Of a stretch of 64,000 nucleotides of DNA, positions 55,955-64,000 are shown one piece after another. Both the position numbers and the translations under genes were made by a program. The notes under the pieces are model-generated. The model saw only the letters and a program-made list of their open reading frames with translations, was not told the origin of the DNA and searched no databases. The stretch lies in the NCBI RefSeq assembly GCF_009914755.1, contig NC_060932.1, one strand, 5' to 3'. The DNA is from the human T2T-CHM13v2.0 reference genome, Homo sapiens. How positions within the stretch are numbered: position 1 is the stretch's first letter; each line of letters begins with the position of its first letter.

Positions 55955-55968
55955 GTTGCCATGGTGAC
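55955..55968. promoter_or_regulatory. RFX X-box motif
   Basis: GTTGCCATGGTGAC (reverse complement GTCACCATGGCAAC) fits the palindromic X-box. Motif match only. Confidence 0.5.
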
Positions 55969-56440
55969 TGTCTCCTTGATATTCACTTATTCCTCGCATC
56001 TGCTGATGTTTTGTTTATGGCCATTGGAGAGAAGCATCTCTGCATGAGGCTAGCAGGAAAAGAGGGGCTCTCTTGTCTCACTCAGAGAAAGCAATATTTA
56101 CACAACCCAGAAGAAATCATTTTGCAATATCTTTTTCCCCTCTTTTTACAGAAGCTGAGCTATGTTGAACAGGATGAAAGATGTAAATAATTGGGAAGGA
56201 AAGTTGGAAATGTAAAGATAATGGAAAAATAAAAAAGATTAGTGATATCTATGTGAGAAATTCCTGATGAGTTGTGTGACTTTCTCTGTGGGATATCTGA
56301 AGTGAAATCTCTTTTATTCTTCAAAACTTTTTAAAAGCCACTATTTCTTAATATACAGTTTCTGATATGCAATACATTCAGAGCTGGGTTAGGGTGTGTG
56401 CATTGTATCTTGATCTTGATAGTGGTAAAATCTGAAATAA

Positions 56441-56748
<308 letters not shown>

Positions 56749-57242
56749 GAAATTAATTACTTCTAATGATCAACCCTCACAACAAAAATACGTACAATAA
56801 AATAATTACTTTAGAAAGATAGAAAGATCATATCCCACCCAAGTCAAAGGCGCCAGTTTTGGGGTAATACAATAATGACAATGAAATTTCAGACAAAAAC
56901 TTATGGACACTTACATTTTGGCATAGACAATAGGATCTGTGTAAAAAATGATCCATCTGGGATAAACTATATTATTAGCAGCTTTGTAAAGCCTTTAGAT
57001 TTAAGAAGCTTCTGGAACCTACAAATGGAGAATTCATGTTTTCAGAAATTAATTTGTGGTATAGCACCAACTTTCCATCCCACTAGAAAAATGAAGAAGA
57101 AACCAGAATCAAGGAAGAAAGACAGTCATATGGCCTGAGCACAAGTTTTGGGACTGAGGAATGAGGTAGATGCCTTATTCTGAGAAAGACAAAGAGAACT
57201 TTATGTTTCCCAGGCACACTGTACTGACATACCAAGAATGTT

Positions 57243-57292
57243 AGTAGCCTCAAATTGTAGAGATGAGTGTGCACTCACAATTTGAGGCTACT
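57243..57292. other. Inverted repeat/hairpin (16-bp perfect arms + 5-bp inner stem)
   Basis: AGTAGCCTCAAATTGT-AGAGAT-GAGTG-TG-CACTC-ACAATTTGAGGCTACT. Confidence 0.9.
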
Positions 57293-58158
57293 CAATTGGG
57301 ATGGTAGTTAGATAAGCAAAGTAGAACAATCACATGTTTAAGACTGGGTCAGGCTAGTTAGTATCGCAAAAGTAATGTTTTGGTTCTGGTCTGTTTTTCT
57401 AAAACATAAATCCAAAGCATCCTGGTAGAAGCAAGTGAATGCCTCATAATTGCTACCCATCTACTGTTAAAGAAAGTGCCCATAAGAAAGTATGTTCAAA
57501 TGGTAGTTGTTAGTAAACAAACATTTCTTCTGAAATTAGATAATAAAACATTGTCATGATTAATTTGACTGGGTAAAATATTAGAATACATTACATAGGA
57601 CAAGGATGTTGATAAGAAATGTCCAGATATTTTGAAAATAAACCCACTAATAGTGCATTGTACCACCAACCTTCAAAACCTTGGGATAAGATGAATTCAA
57701 TACTATTTTCTGTACTTATTTTCCTATAGGTGATCAAATGCGTTCAGCACAGAGCTTGATCTCAAGGTTGAAGGGTTTTTTTTTCTTGCATTTCTAAATG
57801 CTGTACTTACTTTATTTTAAAACATGTACTTAAAAATACGTTTTCCTCACACTGGAAGTCATATAGCACCATCACAGGCAGGATCATTATTTTGGAAAGC
57901 TATTATTCTCAAAATAGAGATTCAGGAAACCTAACTAATGTGGTAGCTCCAGAATGGTTAAATCAATGAACTATAGATTATCTCCCCTATATGCAAGGAC
58001 AAAGCTCGAGGAAGCCCTTTTCCAGTCATTCACTTAATATTTTCTCAATTCAATATTGTTTTTCACAGTTAGTTGTTCAACCATTATTATATTTCTAAGA
58101 ACTGAGCATTCATACTAAAATTGTTAACTATGAGAAATAACTATAAGAACTACACTTT

Positions 58159-58455
58159 CCTTTTTTTCTTTTCTCACATGGAGTCTTGCTCTGTCACTCA
58201 GGCTGGAGTGCAATGGTGTGATCTTGGCTCACTGTAACCTCCACCTCCAGGTTCAAGTGATTCTCCTGCCTCAGCCTCCCAAGTAGCTGGGATTACAGGC
58301 ACATGCCACCATACCTGGCTAATTTTTGCATTTTTAGTAGAGATCGGGTTTCCCAATGCTGGCCAGGCAGGTCTTGAACTCCTGACCTCAGGTGATCCTC
58401 CCTCCTTGACCTCCCAAACTGCTGGGATTATAGGCGAGAGCCACTGCACCCAGCC
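58159..58455 (-). mobile_element. Alu SINE (AluSx-like)
   Basis: Antisense Alu; perfect 13-bp TSD AGAACTACACTTT at 58146-58158 and 58456-58468. Confidence 0.96.
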
Positions 58456-58652
58456 AGAACTACACTTTTCAATGCTAAAAACATTCACAAGTAAAATACA
58501 GTTGTAAATAATTATGCATCAAATAACACAACAATCACATTTACAAAGTAGAAACTATAGGATATGAAAAAAGACATAAGCACATCATTTTAATTTCAAA
58601 ATAAAGTGTACAAAAATAAAGAGAATCTGAAAGTTGCATTCTTAGATGAATA

Positions 58653-60870
58653 TGACATTAGTCCATTTTCACCCTGCTGATAAAGATATACCCAAGACTG
58701 GGAAGAAAAAGAGGTGTAATTTGACATACAGTCCCATGTGGCTGGGGAGACCTCAGAATTATGGTGGGAGATGAAAGGCACTTCTTACATGGTGACAGCA
58801 AGATAAAATAAGGAAGAAACAAGGTGGAAACCCCTGATAAACCCATCAGATCTCGTGAGACTTACTAATTATCATGAGAATAGCATGGGAAAGACTGGCC
58901 CTCATGATTCAATTACCTAACCCTGGGTCCCTTCCACAACATATGAGAATTCTGGGAGATATAATTCAAGTTGAGATTTAGGTGGGGACACAGCCAAACC
59001 ATATCATTTTGACCCTGGCCCCTCCAAATCTCATGTCCTCATATTTCAAAACCAATCATACCTTCCCAACAGTCCCCCAGAGTCTTAATTCATTCCAGCA
59101 TTAACCCAAAAGTTCACAGTCCAAGTCTCATCTGAAACAAGGCAAGTCCCTTCCACCTATTTGCCTGTAAGTTCAAAAGCAAGCTTGTTACTTCCTAGAT
59201 ACAATGGGAGGTACAGGTATTGGGTAAATACAGCAGTTCCAAATAGGAGAAATTGGACAAAACAAAGAGGTTACAGGGCCTATGCAAGTCCTAAATCAAG
59301 CTGGGCAGTCTAATTTTAAAGCCCCAAAATGATCTCCTTTGACTCCAGGTCTCACATCTGTGTCACGCTGATGCAAAAGGTGGGTTCCCATGGTCTTGGG
59401 CAGCTCCGCCCCTGTGGCTTTGAAGGGCGTAGCCTCCCTCCCAGCTGCTTTCATCGGCTGGCATTGAGTGTCTCTGGCTTTTCCAGGTGCACGGTGCAAG
59501 CTGTTGGTGAATCTACTACTCTGGGGTCTGCAGGACTGTGGCCCTCTTCTCATAGCTCCACTAGACGGTGCCCCAATAGGGACTCTGTGTGGGACCTCTG
59601 ACCTCACATTTCCCTTCCACACTTCCCTAGCTGAGGTACTCCATGAGGGCTCTGCCCCTGCACCAAACTTTTGTCTGGGCATCCAGGCATTACTATATAT
59701 CTTCTGAAATCTAGGCGGAGGTTCCCAAACCTCAGTTCTCGACTTGCACATGCAGGCTCAACACCATATGGAAGCTGCCAAGTTTTGGGGCTTCTACCCT
59801 CTGAAGCCAGAGCCTGAGCTGTACATTGATCCTTTTCAGGCATGGCTGGAGAGGCTGGGACAGAGGGCAGCAAGTCCCTTGGCTGAACACAGCAGAAGGA
59901 CCCTGGGCCCGGCCCACAAAACCATTTTTTCCTCCTGGGCCTCTGGGCCTGTGATGATAGGGGCTGCCATGAAGGTCTCTGACATGACCTGGAGACATTT
60001 TCCCCATGGTTTAGGGGATTAACATTAGGCTCCTTGCAACTTATGCAAATTTCTGTAGCCAGCTTGAATTTCTCCCCAGAAAATGGGTTTTTCTTTTTCT
60101 ATCACATAGTCAGGCTGCAAATTTTCCAAACTTTTATGCTCCACTTCCCTTTTAAACTTAATGCCTTTAACAAAACCCAAGTCACCTCTTGAATGCTTTG
60201 CTTCTCAGAAATTTCTTCCATCAGATACCCTAAATCATCTTTCTCAATTTAAAAGTTCCACAAATCTCTAGGGGAGGGGCAAAATGCTGCCAGTCTTTCT
60301 GCTAAAACATAACAAGAGTCACCTTTACTCCAGTTCCCAACAAGTTCCTCATCTCCATCTGGGACCACCTCAGCCTGGACCTTATTGTCCATATCGCTAT
60401 CAGCATTTTGGGCAAAGCCATTCAACAAGTCTCTAGGAAGTTCCCAACTTTCCCAGATTTTCCTGTATCCTTCTGAGCCCTCCAAACTGTTCCAACCTCT
60501 GCCTGTTACCCTGTTCCAAAGTTGCTTCCACAGTTTCGGGTATCTTTTCAGTAACACCTCACTCTACTGCTACAGATTTAATGTATTAGTCTGTTTTCAT
60601 GCTGCTGATAAAGACATACCCAAGACTGGGAAGAAAAAAATGTTCAATTGGACTTATAGTTCCACATGGCAGGGGAAGCCTCAGAATCAGGGTGGGAGGT
60701 GAACGGCATTTCTTACATGGTGGCAGCAAGAGAAAATGAGGAAGAAGCAAAAGCAGAAACCCATCAGATCTTGTGAGACTTATTAACTATCATGAGAATC
60801 ATGGGAAAGACTGGTCCCCATGATTCAATTAACTCCACCTGGGTCCCTCCCACAACACGTGGGAATTCTG
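58653..60870 (-). mobile_element. THE1C MaLR provirus (3' LTR 58653-59006, internal 59007-60581, clipped 5' LTR 60582-60870)
   Basis: Both LTRs carry the THE1C-type GACTGGGAAGAAAAA...CCTCAGAAT. The internal ORF peptides (WNSLEGSEGYRKIWESWELPRDLLNGFAQNADSDMDN) are typical of THE1-int. Confidence 0.93.
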
Positions 60871-62351
60871 AAAGAAATATAAAACATTAAACCCTGATAA
60901 TAGAGAATATAACTATTCTCAATATGTGAGAGGAATATGTGTAATAATCATATATTAGGTCACAAAGAAAGCAACAGTAAGTTTTTAAGACAAGAAATAT
61001 CAAAAATTTTATACATACTACAAAACTAAAAAGAGCTTCTAAGTAATTTTTAAATAATTTCCATAATTATCATTTGGTTGAAAAATATTTCCACAATACA
61101 CTGATAATAAAAAGCTATTCTCAAAATCTATAAAACACTGATAAAATAGTGATCATAAGACAATTCATAGTCTTAAACATATTTATACTAATTAAAATGA
61201 AAGGATTACACTTAATAACTTATATCACCAACTCAGAATTCTAAAAAAAAAAAAAAACAAAAAAAACCCAGCAATGTAACCCATAAAGAAACATACAAAG
61301 AAGAAAAGAATAGAGATAAAAGGGCAAGTCGATAAAGAAGTGAGTAAAAAAGTTTTTTTTTCAAATCTGTTTTTTTTTTCAAATTAGTTAAGTACATGAA
61401 CCAATAGTTAGCTTTATAAAAAATAAAGGGTAGGGGGCAATAAAGAAATAAGCAAATGAAAAATAATAAAAGAAATATTACCATTTAATCAGGTTAACTT
61501 AAAAATAGATTTCCTTGCAGACCTCATTGTAAATTAATTTGAAAATCTAGATGTCATGGATAATTTCCAAAGTACAGTTTACCAATATTAATTTAGTAAG
61601 CTGCATAAGGAGTTTAGGGACTATTACTGTTACACACACATACACACACACACAGCATACAACCCAGATTGTTTCAGAGAAAAAAAAACCCTACAAAATC
61701 TTGAATGAAAAAATAGGGTTTATGTTGTATAAATTGTTTCAAGTCCCAAGAAATGATGAAAGGTATTCAATTAATTTTTATGAACTAAGTATATCATTGA
61801 TATTTAAATCTGGTAAAGACTGTAGAAAAAATGAAAAAACAAAACAATGTTACTTACGAATATCAACGAGAAATGCTAAATGAAATATTAGCGTACCTAT
61901 TTAATACCAAATTATGGAAATAATACATCGGGATCAAGTGGGATTTATTCCAGGACTGGAATGTTGCTTCAATATTAGAAAATTGGTTAAAATTTATCAC
62001 AACATTATCAGATTTTATGAGGAACATGAAGTTGAATATCTCTGTAGATTTTGACAAAGTCTGAGACAAAACTCCTCACTCCAAATTTTTAAAATAAAAG
62101 GAAATAAATAAAACATAGCACTATTCTAAAATAACAATACATAATGATAGTTAGATATATCTATCTATCCGCGTCTATATGTATCACACCTCTAACTATA
62201 TCTATACAGCTAGCTTCTATAACCAGCATCTTGCACAATAGTAAAACTAGGTGCATTTTCATTAATAGAAGGTACAATGCAAGGATACTCATTATCTATC
62301 TCCTCTACTATTTAACATTCTACCAGAGGTACTAATTAATGCAAGGAAATA

Positions 62352-63126
62352 CAGTAGACCCCCTTAATCTGTGATTTCACTTTTTATGGTTTTACGTATA
62401 TATATATGTGTGTGTATATATATATATATGGTTTTACATATATGTATGACATATATATATGGCCAAGCACAGTCCAGAAGTGTTTAATAGCAAATTTTGA
62501 AATAAATTATGTGTAAGTTTTTTTATTATGTGTCGTTCCATGTAGCGTGATGAAATCTCACACCTTGAGGCACCATCCTGCTCAGGACATTAAACATTCC
62601 TTTGTCCAGTGTATCCACACTGTATATACTACCCGCCAGGTGGCCTTCTTGGTTATCAGATTGACTGATACTGTGTCACACTGCTTATGTTCAAGTTACC
62701 CCTATTTTATTTAGCAATGGCCCCAAAGCACAAGAGTAGTGATTCTGGCAATTCGAATATGTCAAAGAGAAGTCATAGAGTGTTTTATTTAAGGGAAAAG
62801 GTGAAAGTTCTTGACTTAATCAGGAAAGACAAAAAGGCATGTGCTGAGGTTGCTAAGGTCTATGATAGGAAGGAATCATCTATCTATGAAATTTTAAAAA
62901 GGAAAAAGAAATTTGTGCTAGGTTTCCTGTTGCACCTTGTACTTCAAAAGTTATGGCCACAGTGAATTGTAAGTGTTTAATAAGATGTAAAAGGAATTAA
63001 ATTGTAGGTAGAAGACATGAATGGGAGCATGTTCTGACTAATGGAAATTAGCTTCACTATACCTGTGGGTTTTGGAAATCCACTGGGGGTCTTGGAATGT
63101 ATCACTAGCAGATAAGGGGAACTATT
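62352..63126 (+). mobile_element. MER44 (Tigger7 deletion derivative) DNA transposon
   Basis: TA|CAGTAGACCCCCTTAATCTGTG ... GCAGATAAGGGGAACTAT TIRs; carries the Tigger7 transposase N-terminus. Confidence 0.88.
62717..62965 (+). pseudogene. Tigger7 transposase N-terminal CENP-B-type HTH fragment
   Basis: MAPKHKSSDSGNSNMSKRSHRVFYLREKVKVLDLIRKDKKACAEVAKVYDRKESSIYEILK. Confidence 0.8.
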
Positions 63127-63228
63127 ATGAGAGCAATCATTGAGAGGCATAATAATTGGGGGAGTAAATATAAAACTGTCTTTATTTATAGAAGTGATGA
63201 TAATACTACCTGGAAAACCCTAAATAAT

Positions 63229-63771
63229 TGCATTAGAAATCTATTGCCACATTAAAAAAACCCTGAAACATAATGTCTTACAAAAACAATATCAGTTATC
63301 TCACACTGTCTGTGAATCAAGATTTCAGGCAGAGTTTAATTGGGTCCTCTGGCTCAGGCTCTATTACAAAGCTGCAGTCATCTCAACAGTAAGTTGGAAA
63401 AGATGAACTTCCCAGCTCACCCACTTGATTGTTGGCAGGATCTGTTCCCCCTGAGCTTTGGACTGAGGTCCTCAGTTCCTCACTGGCCATTGGCCAGAGA
63501 TCACCCATGGTTCTGCATATATGAGCCTCTCCAACATGGTAGCTTTCTTCATCAAAACATGCCAGCCAGGTAGACAGTATAGGGATGTAGAGATGTTACG
63601 GAATTACGTATCCTAATTACGGAAGGCACACTCTATGACTTTTATCAGAATCTATTAGTTGGAAGCCAGTCACTAAGTCTAGCTTATATTCAAGCAAAGG
63701 TGATTGCTAAAAGGCAAGAATTTCAGGAAGCAGGAATCATTGAGAATCATCTCTGACACCTTCCTATCACA
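63229..63771 (-). mobile_element. MLT1E/F-like MaLR LTR
   Basis: Antisense MLT1 motifs TTATCTCACACTGTCTGTGAATCAAGA, GGACTGAGGTCCTCAGTTCCT and ...TTCCTATCACA. Confidence 0.78.
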
Positions 63772-64000
63772 AAAATATATAATAAAACTAATTCAAACAA
63801 TTGAATTATTCAGTAAAGTATCATGATATAAAATTAGACATAAGTAAACCAGTAACATTGGTAGACAAAACGATAGTTAGAAAATGTGATGGTAAAAATG
63901 ATCCTTTCCTTTAAAATAACAAAAAAGAATATAAAATGGTCACAAGGAAATGTAACAAAAAATGTTAAAAACTTATGTAAGAAAAACTTTAAAATACTTC

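Larger units (their letters stand above)
60880..64000 (+). mobile_element. Old L1ME-type ORF2 relic, interrupted by MER44 and MLT1
   Basis: A-rich decayed ORF2 with ATCAAGTGGGATTTATTCCAGGA...CTTCAATATTAGAAAAT and TTAGGTCACAAAGAAA. It probably also includes ~58480-58650 before the THE1C. Confidence 0.65.

Noticed and set aside
59296-60702. Cluster of 79-151 aa ORFs on both strands
   Set aside because: These are fragments of the THE1C internal region.

Overview
AT-rich primate (human-like) genomic DNA with no CpG island and no recognisable protein-coding exon, RNA gene or processed pseudogene. It reads as intergenic or deep-intronic sequence, and a large part is interspersed repeat. Repeats identified by eye: 12 Alus (J/S/Y); L1s of several ages, including a young twin-primed L1PA2-like copy, a 2-kb L1PA8-like copy and a long old L1M that keeps its 5' end; L2/MIR relics; ERV LTRs (MER11, two MER4A-like, LTR1-like, LTR9-like, MER74-like); MaLRs (THE1C provirus, THE1D, MSTB, several MLT1); and DNA transposons (MER53, MER5, MER44/Tigger7). 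The recognisable ORFs in the supplied track are repeat-derived (Alu read-through, L1 ORF2, Tigger7 HTH, THE1 internal); the rest look like chance ORFs. I found no evidence of a new multi-gene system. The most notable sequence-level observations are: (i) a MER4A element that appears to be a provirus collapsed to one LTR + 9 bp + the last 30 bp of a second LTR, with an LTR1-family LTR inserted 2 bp inside its 5' end; (ii) a possible fossil Mutator-like (MULE) transposon at ~46.5-48.3 kb; (iii) a nest of insertions in the old L1, including a 5'-inverted L1PA2 with a 17-bp junction duplication; (iv) several local palindrome or template-switch scars, including a 21-bp bulged hairpin at 57243-57292; (v) candidate regulatory motifs (CTCF, RFX X-box, OCT4 octamer in LTR9, GATA cluster in MER11). 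Family names come from remembered consensus sequences, not from a search, so subfamily calls need RepeatMasker/Dfam confirmation.
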